64,000 nucleotides of DNA from Acidobacteriota bacterium (GCA_049968315.1 JBMFRA010000007.1:4025-68024); one strand, 5' to 3'; shown: positions 38,942 to 48,914, counted from the first letter of the stretch. Translations and numbers: made by a program. Notes: generated by a model from the sequence alone, not told the origin.

Positions 38942-39287
38942 CGCCCTGTTCGAGGAACTCCACAGGTCGGTGCCGGGGCTCAAGGCCGTCTCCGTCGTGG
39001 GCGACGACGGCATCGAGGTGGACGGAAGGCGTTTCGAGGAGCTCTCCCACGAGGTCCTCAGCGCCGAGATGAACGGCCTCCTCAAGACGCTGAAGCGGCT
39101 CCAGGGGGAGATCGCCCTGGGCGCCCCCCGGGACCTCGCCATCCGGACAGAGGCCGAGACGGTCCTTCTCTGCCCCCTCCAGGAGGGGCTGTCGGTGCTC
39201 CTGGTGGCGGGGGAGGGGACGCCCACGGGCCTGGCGCGGTACCACGTCCAGCGGCTTGCGCACCGCTTCCTGGAAGCCTTAAGATAA
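38934..39287 (+). CDS. Roadblock/LC7 (MglB-like) domain protein
   Basis: 117 aa. The pattern L......PGLKAVSVVGDDGIEV ... LAIRTEAETVLLCPL...LLVAG is typical of the Roadblock/LC7 fold. 8-nt overlap with the TPR gene. Confidence 0.7.
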   Translation: MFSALFEELHRSVPGLKAVSVVGDDGIEVDGRRFEELSHEVLSAEMNGLLKTLKRLQGEIALGAPRDLAIRTEAETVLLCPLQEGLSVLLVAGEGTPTGLARYHVQRLAHRFLEALR

Positions 39288-39306
39288 CGGTTCGGAGGGA
39301 ACCCCC

Positions 39307-39870
39307 ATGGGAGTGATCACCAGCAACCAGATCCGGAAGGGCGTCAAACTGCTCATCGACGGCGATGCTTACGAAGTGGTGGACGTGGACCACGTGAAGC
39401 CGGGAAAGGGTTCGGCCTTCGCCCGGGCCAGGGTCCGAAACCTCAAGACCGGCCAGGTTCTCGAGAAGACCGTCAAGGCCGGGGACAAGGTGGAGACCGC
39501 CGAGACCCAGGAATCGCGGATGCAGTTCCTCTACAAGGAGGGAAACCATTACCACTTCATGGACCAGAACACCTTCGAACAGATCACCATCCCGGAGGAG
39601 GTCCTGGGCGACGCCGTAAACTACCTCGCCGAAAACCTGGAGGTGAGCGTCCTCTTGCACGACGGCGAACCCCTGGGGGTGGAACTCCCCAACTTCGTCA
39701 CCCTCACCATCGTGGACACGGAGCCGGGCTTCAAGGGAGACACCGTCTCCGGAGGAAAGCCCGCCAAGTGCAACACCGGCGCCGTGGTGAACGTCCCCTT
39801 CCACCTGAACGTCGGAGACAAGATCGTGGTGGATACGCGGGACGGCAGCTACCGAGAAAAGGTGGGCTAG
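39307..39870 (+). CDS. efp: elongation factor P
   Basis: 187 aa with the KPGKGSAFARARVRNL loop and three-domain EF-P length. Confidence 0.97.
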   Translation: MGVITSNQIRKGVKLLIDGDAYEVVDVDHVKPGKGSAFARARVRNLKTGQVLEKTVKAGDKVETAETQESRMQFLYKEGNHYHFMDQNTFEQITIPEEVLGDAVNYLAENLEVSVLLHDGEPLGVELPNFVTLTIVDTEPGFKGDTVSGGKPAKCNTGAVVNVPFHLNVGDKIVVDTRDGSYREKVG

Positions 39871-39891
39871 GGCCGGCCACCGGGAAAGGCG

Positions 39892-39925
39892 AGAGGCCGG
39901 GGAGCGATCCCCGGCCTCTTCTTGC
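39892..39925. terminator. intrinsic terminator between convergent efp and DUF1573 genes
   Basis: Perfect 12-bp stem AGAGGCCGGGGA / TCCCCGGCCTCT with a GCGA loop, followed by TCTTGCT. Confidence 0.8.
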
Positions 39926-39946
39926 TGCACAGGAAGAAACCTGTAT

Positions 39947-41050
39947 CTAGAAGACCTTCCCGCGAACCGGGACCTCCAGGGGGCCCTTGGAAGTCTCGAT
40001 GTGGACCTTGCCGTCGAAGTTCCCGACCTTCAGGGGGGGATTCAGTTTCAACTTGATGGAGTAGCGCTGGTTGGGGGTGATGGTCGTCACCTCCGCCGTG
40101 AGGTTCTTGAGGGAGGAGGTGACCTCTTTGATTTCCAGCTCCGGCCCCTTCTCGTAGGCCACGGTGACGGTCTTGTTGAGGTTGATGTCGTCGGGGTGGT
40201 CGTTGACGTAGGAGGCGTTGAGTCCCGAGTAGGTCACCTGCGGGGGGTAGACCGTCAAGGGGGGGCGGATGGTGCCGAAGAGGTTCAGGCTGAGGCTTTC
40301 GGCCTTGGGGTGGGTGGTGGCCAGGAGGAAACGGCCGTTGAGGGGGCCGGGGGCGTGGTCCGCCGGCACCTCCACCTTGAGGGTGGCGGACTTCTTGTCG
40401 TCGGCCATCTTGAGGTCCCACTTCAGGGTGGCGTCGTCGGCCTGGACCGACTTCACCTCGAAGGGGGTCCCGTCGGTGGCGGTGATGGTGAAGGTCCGCT
40501 CCTGGGCCTCTCCCTGGTAGACGAGGCCCAGCTGCTGGTTCTCCGAGGGCTGGACGTCCACGATGGCCTTGACCGTCGCCTTGATGGCCAGCTGGAAGGA
40601 GGCCATCTTGGGGTCGTTGGTGGAGACGTTGACGGTCTTGTGGATGGGGCCGGAGAAGCCGGCGGTGTTCACCTTGGCCGAGACCTTTCCGGACTTGCCC
40701 GGCTCGATCTTCGGGTCGTAGCCGGTGGCGGTGCACCCGCAACTCGCCTGGACCCGGAGGAGCTCCAGGATGCCCTTCCCTCTGTTTTCGATGACGAAGG
40801 AGTGCTCGATGACGTCGCCCTTGTTCACCGTGCCGGCGTCGAAGACCATCTCGGGCACCACGGCCTCCGGAAGGTCGCCGGTTGCCGTCTGCTCGGCGGG
40901 TTTGGCCTCGGGCGGCATGGGGGGGGTCTTGGCCTTCTGACTGTCGGCCTGAGGTGCCTGGGGGGTCGGATCGCCCGGAGCCGCGGGCACCAGCAGGGGA
41001 AGGGCCAGGAGGAGAAGGGGAGCGAGGAACCATCGGACCTTCTTGTTCAT
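39947..41050 (-). CDS. DUF1573 domain-containing secreted protein
   Basis: Signal peptide, Pro-rich linker, a DUF1573-like Ig-type domain with FDAGTVNKGD...VENRG...ASCGCT, and further beta-rich domains. Confidence 0.85.
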   Translation of the reverse strand: MNKKVRWFLAPLLLLALPLLVPAAPGDPTPQAPQADSQKAKTPPMPPEAKPAEQTATGDLPEAVVPEMVFDAGTVNKGDVIEHSFVIENRGKGILELLRVQASCGCTATGYDPKIEPGKSGKVSAKVNTAGFSGPIHKTVNVSTNDPKMASFQLAIKATVKAIVDVQPSENQQLGLVYQGEAQERTFTITATDGTPFEVKSVQADDATLKWDLKMADDKKSATLKVEVPADHAPGPLNGRFLLATTHPKAESLSLNLFGTIRPPLTVYPPQVTYSGLNASYVNDHPDDINLNKTVTVAYEKGPELEIKEVTSSLKNLTAEVTTITPNQRYSIKLKLNPPLKVGNFDGKVHIETSKGPLEVPVRGKVF

Positions 41051-41102
41051 TCGGAGTACCTCCTCGAAGACGAGGGCAGTCTACTCCTTCGGCCCGCCTC
41101 CT

Positions 41103-41999
41103 TCAAGGGCCGGCGTTTCGGGCGGGGGGGCCGGAACCCCACCCCAGCTTCTCGCGGAGGAGGGCGAAGTGGGACCTTCCCGGGGGGATCACCAGGGGCA
41201 CCGTGGCCCGGGCCCGGCCGATCCGTACCCGGTCTCCCTTCTCCAGGGGGTGGCCCTGCTGGCCGTCCACCGTCAGGAAGACCGAACCCGACTCCTCCAG
41301 GAGGGTGATCTCCACCGAGGACCGGGCGTCCACCAGGAGGGGCCGCATGGTCAGGGTGTGGGGGCAGAGGGGCGTCACCAGGAGGGCGCCGATTCCCGGC
41401 GTCACGATGGGGCCTCCCGCCGAAAGGTTGTAGGCGGTGGAGCCGGTGGGGGTGGCGACGATGACGCCGTCTCCCCGCATGGCGGTGAGGAGGTCTCCCC
41501 CCACGTCCACCCGGACTTCGATCATGCGGGCCAATGTGGTCTTGGCCACGACGGCGTCGTTGAGTCCGGCGAAGGAGGCCAGGACCTTCCCGTTTCGCGC
41601 CAGGCGGACCCGGAGCATCATCCGGCGCTCGACGGGGACGGGCCCCTGGAGGCACGCCAGGACCGACCGCTCCATCTCGGAGGCGCTCACCTCGGTGAGG
41701 AAGCCCAGGTTTCCGAGGTTGACCCCCAGGATGGGGGCGGAGCGGGGTGTGGAGTGGCGGGCCACCGACAGCAGGGTGCCGTCCCCTCCCAGGACGACGA
41801 GGAGGTCCACCTTGCGGGGCAGCTCGGCCCGGGAGAGCACGGGGAGCGCAGGGCGCTTCGCGAGCCTGGCCGCCTCGCCGTCCAAGGCCACCGAAACGCG
41901 GTGGCGCTGGAGCAGCTCCAAGAGGTCCTCCAGGAGCGGCAGGCGGCCCGCGGCCTGGGGTTTGGCCACGATTCCCACGGTACGGACCCTGGCGGTCAT
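41103..41999 (-). CDS. nadK: NAD+ kinase
   Basis: GGDGTLL and NLGNLGFL motifs. ATGA overlap with the tlyA stop. Confidence 0.93.
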   Translation of the reverse strand: MTARVRTVGIVAKPQAAGRLPLLEDLLELLQRHRVSVALDGEAARLAKRPALPVLSRAELPRKVDLLVVLGGDGTLLSVARHSTPRSAPILGVNLGNLGFLTEVSASEMERSVLACLQGPVPVERRMMLRVRLARNGKVLASFAGLNDAVVAKTTLARMIEVRVDVGGDLLTAMRGDGVIVATPTGSTAYNLSAGGPIVTPGIGALLVTPLCPHTLTMRPLLVDARSSVEITLLEESGSVFLTVDGQQGHPLEKGDRVRIGRARATVPLVIPPGRSHFALLREKLGWGSGPPARNAGP

Positions 42000-42736
42000 G
42001 GGGAGGCACCCCCCGCAATCAAGTGGAGAAAGATCTCCGCGTTCCCCTTGGGCCCCTTCACGGGCGACTCCATGGCGGCCCGTGCAGTATAGCCGAGGGC
42101 CTCCGCCGCCTCCACCACCGCCCGGACCGTTCCCCAGCGGACGGCGTCGTCCCTCACGACGCCCCCCTTTCCCACCGCCCGGCGCCCCGCCTCGAACTGC
42201 GGCTTGACGAGGGCCAGGACGGCGGCGGAGGGGGCGCTCCGGCGGATGGCAGGGAGAAGGAGGCGGAGGGAGATGAAGGAGGCGTCGATGACGACGAGGT
42301 CCACCGGTTCCGGGAAAAAGTCCTCCGGCAGGTACCGGGCGTTGACCCCCTCCCGGGAGACCACCCGCGGGTCCTGCCGAAGCCGTTCATGGAGCTGGCC
42401 CTTCCCCACGTCCACCGCGTAGACCCGCCGCGCTCCCCGGGCAAGGAGGCAGTCGGTGAAGCCGCCGGTGGAGGCTCCGATGTCGGCGCATACCAGGCCC
42501 TCCACCGGCAGGGAGAGGGCATCGAGGGCCCCTTCCAGCTTCAACCCCCCCCGGCTCACGTAGGGGCAGGCCCTTCCCCGGACCTCCAGGGGCGCTCCCT
42601 CGTCCACCTTCTGCCCGGCCTTCTCGATCCGCCGCTCCCCCGAAAAGACCTGCCCTGCGAGGATGAGGGCCTGGGCCTTTTCCCGCGAGGGGGCCAGCCC
42701 CTTGAGGACCAGGAGGAGGTCGGCCCGCTCGCTCAA
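41996..42736 (-). CDS. tlyA: TlyA family rRNA (cytidine-2'-O)-methyltransferase
   Basis: S4-like N-terminus (RADLLLVLKGLAPSREKAQALI) and FtsJ-type SAM motif DIGASTGGFTD. TTG 42736 overlaps the ispA stop (TTGA). Confidence 0.9.
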   Translation of the reverse strand: MSERADLLLVLKGLAPSREKAQALILAGQVFSGERRIEKAGQKVDEGAPLEVRGRACPYVSRGGLKLEGALDALSLPVEGLVCADIGASTGGFTDCLLARGARRVYAVDVGKGQLHERLRQDPRVVSREGVNARYLPEDFFPEPVDLVVIDASFISLRLLLPAIRRSAPSAAVLALVKPQFEAGRRAVGKGGVVRDDAVRWGTVRAVVEAAEALGYTARAAMESPVKGPKGNAEIFLHLIAGGASP

Positions 42737-43626
42737 CGGCTCCGCCCCACCACGAAGCGGGCCAGCTCCCGAAGGTCCTGGCACTCGGGACCGAAGCCGT
42801 CCAGGGCCCGCAGGGCGTGGGAGAGGAGGTCCCGGGCGGCCCGCCTCGCCCCATCCAGCCCCCACAGCGCCACGAAGGTGGCCTTCTTCTGGGCGGCGTC
42901 CTTTCCGGCGGTCTTCCCCAGGGAGGCGTCGGTGCCCGTGGTGTCGAGGATGTCGTCCACCACCTGGAAGGCGAGGCCCAGGGCCTCCCCGTAGCGTTTC
43001 AAGGCCCGCCGCTGGGCGGCGGGGGCCCCGGCCCAGTAGGCCCCGGCCAGGAGGCAGGCCTCGAGGAATCGGCCGGTCTTCATGCGGTGGAGGCGCTCCA
43101 GGAGGGGGGCGTCCACCGCCTCCCCCTTTCCCGTGAGGTTGAGGTCCAGGGCCTGCCCACCGGCCATCCCCGCCGTGCCCAGCGCGTAGAGGACCTCCCG
43201 GGATACCCGGTTCCGGCGGGCGGCCCACCGCGCCCCCCGGGGTTCGGCGGCCAAGAGGTAGGCCCCCAGGGTCTGGAGGGCGTCCCCGGCGAGGATGGCC
43301 GTGGCCTCGCCGAAGACCACGTGGCACGTGGGGCGCCCCCGCCGGAGGGTGTCGTCGTCCATGGCCGGCAGGTCGTCGTGGATGAGGCTGTAGGTGTGGA
43401 GAAGTTCCAGGGCGCAGGCGGCCGGAAGGACGGCGGCGGTCTCCCGCCCGCCGCAGGCCTCGTAGGCCGCGAGGGCCAGCACGGGCCGGAGCCGCTTGCC
43501 GCCGGCGAGAACGCTGTGGCGCATGGCGGCGTGGAGCTCGGCCGGCTCCACCTCGGGGGAGGGCAGGAGGTGCTCCAGGGTCTCCTCGATGGGGCCCTTC
43601 CAGCGGTCGAGGACCGGCGGGCTCAT
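42733..43626 (-). CDS. ispA: polyprenyl (farnesyl/geranylgeranyl) diphosphate synthase
   Basis: First and second Asp-rich motifs, LIHDDLPAMDDD and VVDDILD. ATGA overlap with xseB. Confidence 0.92.
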   Translation of the reverse strand: MSPPVLDRWKGPIEETLEHLLPSPEVEPAELHAAMRHSVLAGGKRLRPVLALAAYEACGGRETAAVLPAACALELLHTYSLIHDDLPAMDDDTLRRGRPTCHVVFGEATAILAGDALQTLGAYLLAAEPRGARWAARRNRVSREVLYALGTAGMAGGQALDLNLTGKGEAVDAPLLERLHRMKTGRFLEACLLAGAYWAGAPAAQRRALKRYGEALGLAFQVVDDILDTTGTDASLGKTAGKDAAQKKATFVALWGLDGARRAARDLLSHALRALDGFGPECQDLRELARFVVGRSR

Positions 43627-43871
43627 GGCTTCGGTTCGTCCGGGGGCGGTTCCAGGGGGACCTCCGCCGGCGGCTCCCCCTCCAGCAGGCGGGTCACCCG
43701 GAGGGAGGCCTCGGCGAGGGACCGCTGGAGCTCCCTGGCGAGGGTGAGGCCCCGTTCGAAGAGAACCAGGCTCTCCTCCAGGGGCAGGCTGCCGTCCTCC
43801 AGCCTGCGGACGAGCCCCTCCAGCTCCGCCAGGCGGCTCTCGAAATCCTTCGGGGCGGTCTTTTTGGCCAT
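43623..43871 (-). CDS. xseB: exodeoxyribonuclease VII small subunit
   Basis: FESRLAELEGLVRRLEDGSLPLEESLVLFERG is the XseB signature. ATG 43871 chosen (an alternative GTG 43877 overlaps the SPOR gene stop). Confidence 0.88.
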   Translation of the reverse strand: MAKKTAPKDFESRLAELEGLVRRLEDGSLPLEESLVLFERGLTLARELQRSLAEASLRVTRLLEGEPPAEVPLEPPPDEPKP

Positions 43872-43873
43872 GG

Positions 43874-44455
43874 TCACTCCGCCGGGACCACGAAGGCCCC
43901 CGAAAAGCCGGCTTTGCGGAGGTCCTGGAGGGCACGGTCGGCGGCGGCCCGGTCCCGGTATCCCGGAACGAGGACCTTGTGGCGTCCACCCTTGGAAACC
44001 ACGGTGGCTCCGAAGCCGAGGGCCTTGACACGGCCCTGGAGGTCCCGGGCGTTGGCCAGGGTCGCAAAGGCACCCAGCTGGATGGCGAAAGACCCCTTGG
44101 CCGGCGGAGGCGCTGGGGCGGGCTGGGCGGAAGGGGGAGGGGCCGTGGGGGGTGCGGCGCGAGGCGGGGAAGCCGGTGCCGGAGGGGCCGGGCTTTCGGG
44201 TACGAGGGTCCCGGGGGCCGCCGCAGGGCGCTCCTCGGCGGCGGGAGGGGGGAGGGCCGGCGGGCTTTCGGGCTGGAAGGGCCGGCGCTCCACCTGGGCC
44301 TCCGGGACCACCGGCCGACCGGAATTCTCCACCGGTTTGGGCCGGGGGGAGAAGAGCCAGGAGGCGGCTGCCACCAGGAAGGCCAAGGCCAGGGAACCGG
44401 CGGCCACCCAGAGGATCTGGCGCCCCGTGATGGGAAAACGTGTGGTCATCTTCAC
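43874..44455 (-). CDS. SPOR domain-containing membrane protein
   Basis: N-terminal TM helix, Pro/Ala-rich linker and a C-terminal SPOR domain (FAIQLGAFATLANARDLQGRVKALGF...). Confidence 0.85.
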   Translation of the reverse strand: MKMTTRFPITGRQILWVAAGSLALAFLVAAASWLFSPRPKPVENSGRPVVPEAQVERRPFQPESPPALPPPAAEERPAAAPGTLVPESPAPPAPASPPRAAPPTAPPPSAQPAPAPPPAKGSFAIQLGAFATLANARDLQGRVKALGFGATVVSKGGRHKVLVPGYRDRAAADRALQDLRKAGFSGAFVVPAE

Positions 44456-45558
44456 CTCTCCCCTCCCGCCGCGGCGTGGCGCCGCACGTACTCCAGGAGG
44501 CGGCCGTGCTCCTCCTTGGAGAGGCGCAGTTGGGCGGCGAGGACCAGGGCGTAGAGGGTCTCCTCCAGGAAGGCCTGGAGCCTCCCCGCCCGCTCCTCCT
44601 CGGGAAAACCCCTCAGCTTCCAGAGCACCAGGTCCACGTCCAACTTCCCGAAGCGGCCGAGGTCCGCCTGCCCCTCCGCCAGTTCCGGATGGCTCGCCCC
44701 GAGGTCCCTCAAGACCGATTGGAAGATCTCCCCCGCCTCGGGGTGGCCCTCCAGGTGCCGGTGGATATAGGCGTAGAGGTCGTTGTAGCGGTCGAGGAGG
44801 GCCTCCATCTCCTCGGGAGAAGCGGGGAGAGGCTCCCGGGAGGCCTCCTCCCGCTCCACGAGGCCCAGGGTCTTGAAGACCCAGAGGAGGCGGTAGGTCT
44901 GGAAGGCCGTGAGGTACGAGGCCTCCACGATGGAGGCGACGGCCATGCCGTTGCGGGTGAGGGAGAGCACGTGCTCCTCGTCGGAGGTGAGGTCCAGTTC
45001 CGCCACGAAGGGGGGGAGGTCCCGCAGGCGCCTCAGGCGGGTCGCCGGGGGCCCGACGGCGCGGTAGATCTGGCTCCAGGCCTCCACCCGCTGGAGGCCC
45101 CGGAAGATGAGCACCGGGATCTCCAGCGAAAGGGTCACCATCTCCAGCGTGGAGAAGGGGGCCAGGTGCAGGCGGTAGGAGCCGTGGCGGACGGTGAGGA
45201 GCGAGAAGGCGATGTCGTAGAGGTTCTGCGTGACCCCTTCCACCACCTCCTCGGGCCCCAAGGCCCCCAGGTCCACGAGGATCTGGTGGACGCTGCGCCC
45301 GACGTGGGCCGCCTCCTGTGCCGCCAAGTAATGCTGGAGGCTCAACAGGCCCCGGCGGAAGAGTCCCTCCAGGAGGCCGTCGTCGGGGTCGGAGGAGGAG
45401 GCGTAGACGACGGTCCCCTCGCTGACGTACAGGGCTCGGTTCACCGCGCCGTCGGAGAGGGTGAGAATGCCCGTCTCCCGCTCCCGGTGAAGGGACATGA
45501 GGAGCGTCGGAAGGCTGATGTCGGAGAGGTTTCCGGCGAGGGTGACGTCGGGGCTCAT
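44452..45558 (-). CDS. DUF4388 (PATAN-like) domain protein
   Basis: The N-terminus GNLSDISLPTLLMSLHRERETGILTLSDG is characteristic of DUF4388. 368 aa. Confidence 0.8.
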   Translation of the reverse strand: MSPDVTLAGNLSDISLPTLLMSLHRERETGILTLSDGAVNRALYVSEGTVVYASSSDPDDGLLEGLFRRGLLSLQHYLAAQEAAHVGRSVHQILVDLGALGPEEVVEGVTQNLYDIAFSLLTVRHGSYRLHLAPFSTLEMVTLSLEIPVLIFRGLQRVEAWSQIYRAVGPPATRLRRLRDLPPFVAELDLTSDEEHVLSLTRNGMAVASIVEASYLTAFQTYRLLWVFKTLGLVEREEASREPLPASPEEMEALLDRYNDLYAYIHRHLEGHPEAGEIFQSVLRDLGASHPELAEGQADLGRFGKLDVDLVLWKLRGFPEEERAGRLQAFLEETLYALVLAAQLRLSKEEHGRLLEYVRRHAAAGGER

Positions 45559-45565
45559 CCCATCC

Positions 45566-46615
45566 TCAGGGGAAGCGCTTCAGGGGCCGGGCCACCTGGA
45601 TGTCGTTCTTGGTCTGGCTCTTGATCCGGTACATGGCTTCGTCGGCCCTCTTGATGAGGTCCTCCTTGGTGAGGGCGTGGGCGGGATAGCTGGCCAGGCC
45701 GAAGGAACCGGTGATCTCGATCCCTCCCGTCTCCTCCAGGAGGAAGGGGGTTCCGGCGAGGCGCTGCCGGATCCGCTCCGCCACCTCCAGGGCCCCCTCC
45801 CAGGTGGTTTCGGGGAGGACGATGCAGAACTCGTCGCCTCCGTACCGCACCACCTTGTCGATGGAGCGGACGGCGTTCATGATGCGGGCCGCCGCCTCCT
45901 GAAGGGTGCGGGAACCCATGGCGTGGCCGAAGCGGGTGTTGACCTCCCGGAGCCCGTCGAGGTCCAGGAAAATGAGGCTGAGGGGGTTGTTGTACCGCCG
46001 GGCCCGCTCCATCTCCTCCGCCAGGTAGTCCTCGAAGAAGCGCCGGTTGAAGGCGAGGGTGAGGTCGTCCTTGGTGATGAGCTCGTTCATGCGCCGGGCG
46101 GTGAGGGCGTTCTTCAGGGCGAAGGAGAAGTCCGGCAGGACCCGCTCCAGCAGGCGGAATCCCTCGGCGTGGAGCAGGGTGGAGGAGAGGTTCTCCTCCT
46201 TCACGGTGAGGACGAGGAGGCCGGCGTAGTCGTAGACGAGCTGGAGGGGGAAGAAGGCGGCGGCGCCCACCAGGGCCCCCTCCTCGGGTGCGGCGGGCCG
46301 GTCGGAACTCCCGGGGCCGTAGACCTTGAACTTGGGGATCATGTCCCGGACCAGCGCCTCCACCTCGGAGCGGGAGAGGCCGAAGCGGTCGGCGGGGGTC
46401 CGGCTCCCCGGAAAGCCCGCCCGGAAGATCCGTTCCACGTAGTGGCCCTTTTCCCCCAGGAGCATGAGGATGCCGTAGTCGGCCTCCAGGTGGTGGAGGA
46501 GGGAGTTGAGGATCTCCTCCGCCACCGTCTGGAGTTCGAAGGAGCGGAAGGTCCGGGCGAGGTCCCGGTAGAGGTCCAGCTCCAGCCCGGGCGGAAGGCG
46601 CCGGGGGGCCTTCAC
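45566..46615 (-). CDS. diguanylate cyclase (GGDEF, RxxD I-site) with N-terminal GAF-like sensory region
   Basis: FLDLDGLREVNTRFGH, RSID-KVVRY-GGDEF, and C-terminal ADEAMYRIK. GTG start. Confidence 0.88.
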   Translation of the reverse strand: MKAPRRLPPGLELDLYRDLARTFRSFELQTVAEEILNSLLHHLEADYGILMLLGEKGHYVERIFRAGFPGSRTPADRFGLSRSEVEALVRDMIPKFKVYGPGSSDRPAAPEEGALVGAAAFFPLQLVYDYAGLLVLTVKEENLSSTLLHAEGFRLLERVLPDFSFALKNALTARRMNELITKDDLTLAFNRRFFEDYLAEEMERARRYNNPLSLIFLDLDGLREVNTRFGHAMGSRTLQEAAARIMNAVRSIDKVVRYGGDEFCIVLPETTWEGALEVAERIRQRLAGTPFLLEETGGIEITGSFGLASYPAHALTKEDLIKRADEAMYRIKSQTKNDIQVARPLKRFP

Positions 46616-46706
46616 GGGAGGCTCCCTGGGTCCCGCCCTCGGAACCCCCCGCCCGGCGGGGCCGTACTCCGGACCGTCTCAGCCATGGTTTCTCCCTCCC
46701 GCCGCC

Positions 46707-47468
46707 TCACTCCTTGACGGACTTGAGGAAGCTGCCCAGGAACTCCACCGGTACCGGGAAGACGATGGTGGAGGCGTTCTCCGCGCTGATCTGGGTCAGG
46801 GTCTGGAGGTACCGGAGCTGCATGGTGATGGGGTTCTGGGCCATGATCTGGGCGGCGTTGGCCAGGGTCTGGGCCGCCTGGAACTCGCCGTCGGCGTTGA
46901 TGATCTTGGCCCGCTTCTCCCGCTCGGCCTGCGCCTGGAGGGCCATGGCCCGCTGCATGTCCTGCGGCAGGTCCACCTGCTTGATCTCCACCAGGGAGAC
47001 CTTGATGCCCCACGGGTCGGTGTGCTGGTCGAGGACGCTCTGCAGTTCCTGGTTCAGCTTCTCCCGCTCGGAGAGGAGGTCGTCGAGCTGGACCTGGCCC
47101 AGGATGGAGCGAAGGGTGGTCTGGGCGAGCTGCGAGGTGGCGTAGACGTAGTTCTCCACCTGGAGGACGGCGTTGAGGGGGCTGAAGACGCGGAAGTAGA
47201 CCACCGCGTTGACCTTCACCGAGACGTTGTCCCGGGTGATGATGTCCTGCGGCGGCACGTCCAGGACGATGGTCCTGAGGGAAATGCGCACGATGGTGTC
47301 GAAGGGCTTGAAGACGAAGATGAGCCCGGGCCCCTTGGGTTGGGGGAGGACCCGGCCCAGGCGGAAGATCACGCCCCGCTCGTACTCTCTGAGGATGTTG
47401 ATGCAGGAGAAGAGCCACCCCAGGACGATGAAGACGACGGCGACGACGGGAAAACTGAGCGGCGGCAT
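46707..47468 (-). CDS. SPFH/Band 7 (stomatin-like) protein
   Basis: N-terminal TM helix, then [12 protein letters not shown]...[17 protein letters not shown], typical of slipins. Confidence 0.93.
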   Translation of the reverse strand: MPPLSFPVVAVVFIVLGWLFSCINILREYERGVIFRLGRVLPQPKGPGLIFVFKPFDTIVRISLRTIVLDVPPQDIITRDNVSVKVNAVVYFRVFSPLNAVLQVENYVYATSQLAQTTLRSILGQVQLDDLLSEREKLNQELQSVLDQHTDPWGIKVSLVEIKQVDLPQDMQRAMALQAQAEREKRAKIINADGEFQAAQTLANAAQIMAQNPITMQLRYLQTLTQISAENASTIVFPVPVEFLGSFLKSVKE

Positions 47469-47469
47469 C

Positions 47470-48840
47470 CTACCCTCCCTCGCCCGCAGGGGCGACCTTC
47501 AGCACCATGCCGTCCCGGCCCAGGACCTTCACCCGGGTTCCGGCCTCGATGGGCCGGTCCGATACGGCGTTCCAGTATTCGCCGAAGAGAAAGACCTTGC
47601 CCGGCGCCGGGGGCCGGATGGCCTCCCGCACCTCTCCCGACATGCCGACGAGGCTCTCCTCTCCGGTGGCGACGGGGTTTCGGTGGGCCTTCACCGCCAG
47701 GGCCACGAGGAAGAAGAGGATCGCCGCGAAGGCGAGCACCACCGGCAGGACGAAGAGCAGGGACACGCGCAACTCCGGTACGGGGCTGTTCCGGTAGAGG
47801 AGCAGGCTCCCGATCAACAGCGACACCACGCCGCCCGTACCCAAGATACCATAGGAAGCCACCTTCAGCTCCAGGAGGAGGAAGCCGATCCCCAGCAGGA
47901 TGAGGAGGAGGCCCACGGCGTCGATGGGCAGGAGCTGGGTGGAGAGGGCGAAGAGGAGGATGCAGATTCCCCCCAGGACCCCGGGCAGGATCAGGCCCGG
48001 CGCCTTGAATTCCGCGTAGAGGCCGATGACGCCGACGAGGAGGAGAACCAGCGTGAGGTTGGGGTTGGCCAGGGCCGAGAGGAGCCGCTGGCGGAGGGTC
48101 GGATCCACCTCCGCGGTGGTGGGGGAGGGGCCCAGCCCGAGCTCCGCCTCCCGGCCGTCGAATCGCCGGAGGGGCCGCCCCGCCAGGGATGTCCAGATCT
48201 CCCCCTCGCTGGCGGCCACCAGCTCGATGGCCCCCTGTTGGAGAGCCTCCTTCTCGGTGAGGGAGAGGCTCTCCCTCAGCATCCGCTCGTAGACGGCGCC
48301 GTTCCGGCCGCGGTGCTCCGCCAGGGTGCGGGCGTGGGCCGAGAGGTCGTTGAGGATCTTCTCCAGCATGACCTCCTGGTCGGCAGAGGCCGGCCGGGAG
48401 GGGGTCTCCTTCTTTTCCGGCTCCCCGGGTTTGGGAGGTGCCGCGGGGAAGTTGAAGGGGAGGGCGCTCACCGGGTGGGCGGAGCCGATGGTGGTTCCCG
48501 GCGCCATGGCGATGAAGTCGGCGGCGAGGGCCACCAGGGCGCCCCCCGAGGCGGCCCGGGCGTTGACGGGGCTCACGTAGGCCACCACCGGCAGGGGGGA
48601 GAGGAGGATGGCCCGCTGGATCTCCTCCACGGCGCTCACGAAGCCCCCCGGGGTGTCGATGACCAGGAGGACCACCCGGGCCCCGGTCCGGGGGGCCTCC
48701 TCCAGGCCCTTCTTCAGGTACTCGGCGGTCACGGCGTGGATGGGACCGTCGAGGCGGAGCCGCACCACGTCGGCCCCGCGGGCCGGCGGGGCCGCGGCGA
48801 ACAGCAGGCAGGCGAGCGAGAGGGCGCCGAGGACCTTCAC
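47470..48840 (-). CDS. NfeD family membrane-bound ClpP-class serine protease
   Basis: Signal peptide, ClpP-like domain ([23 protein letters not shown]), four TM helices and a C-terminal NfeD OB domain. GTG 48840 follows SD GGAAGGAGAG. 1 nt upstream of the SPFH gene. Confidence 0.9.
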   Translation of the reverse strand: MKVLGALSLACLLFAAAPPARGADVVRLRLDGPIHAVTAEYLKKGLEEAPRTGARVVLLVIDTPGGFVSAVEEIQRAILLSPLPVVAYVSPVNARAASGGALVALAADFIAMAPGTTIGSAHPVSALPFNFPAAPPKPGEPEKKETPSRPASADQEVMLEKILNDLSAHARTLAEHRGRNGAVYERMLRESLSLTEKEALQQGAIELVAASEGEIWTSLAGRPLRRFDGREAELGLGPSPTTAEVDPTLRQRLLSALANPNLTLVLLLVGVIGLYAEFKAPGLILPGVLGGICILLFALSTQLLPIDAVGLLLILLGIGFLLLELKVASYGILGTGGVVSLLIGSLLLYRNSPVPELRVSLLFVLPVVLAFAAILFFLVALAVKAHRNPVATGEESLVGMSGEVREAIRPPAPGKVFLFGEYWNAVSDRPIEAGTRVKVLGRDGMVLKVAPAGEGG

Positions 48841-48914
48841 CGTTGGAGTCTCTCCTTCCCTGAAGTATCGGTCCGCCCACGGGGCGGTGTCAACGGAGCG
48901 GCGGCCCCTCGGGC

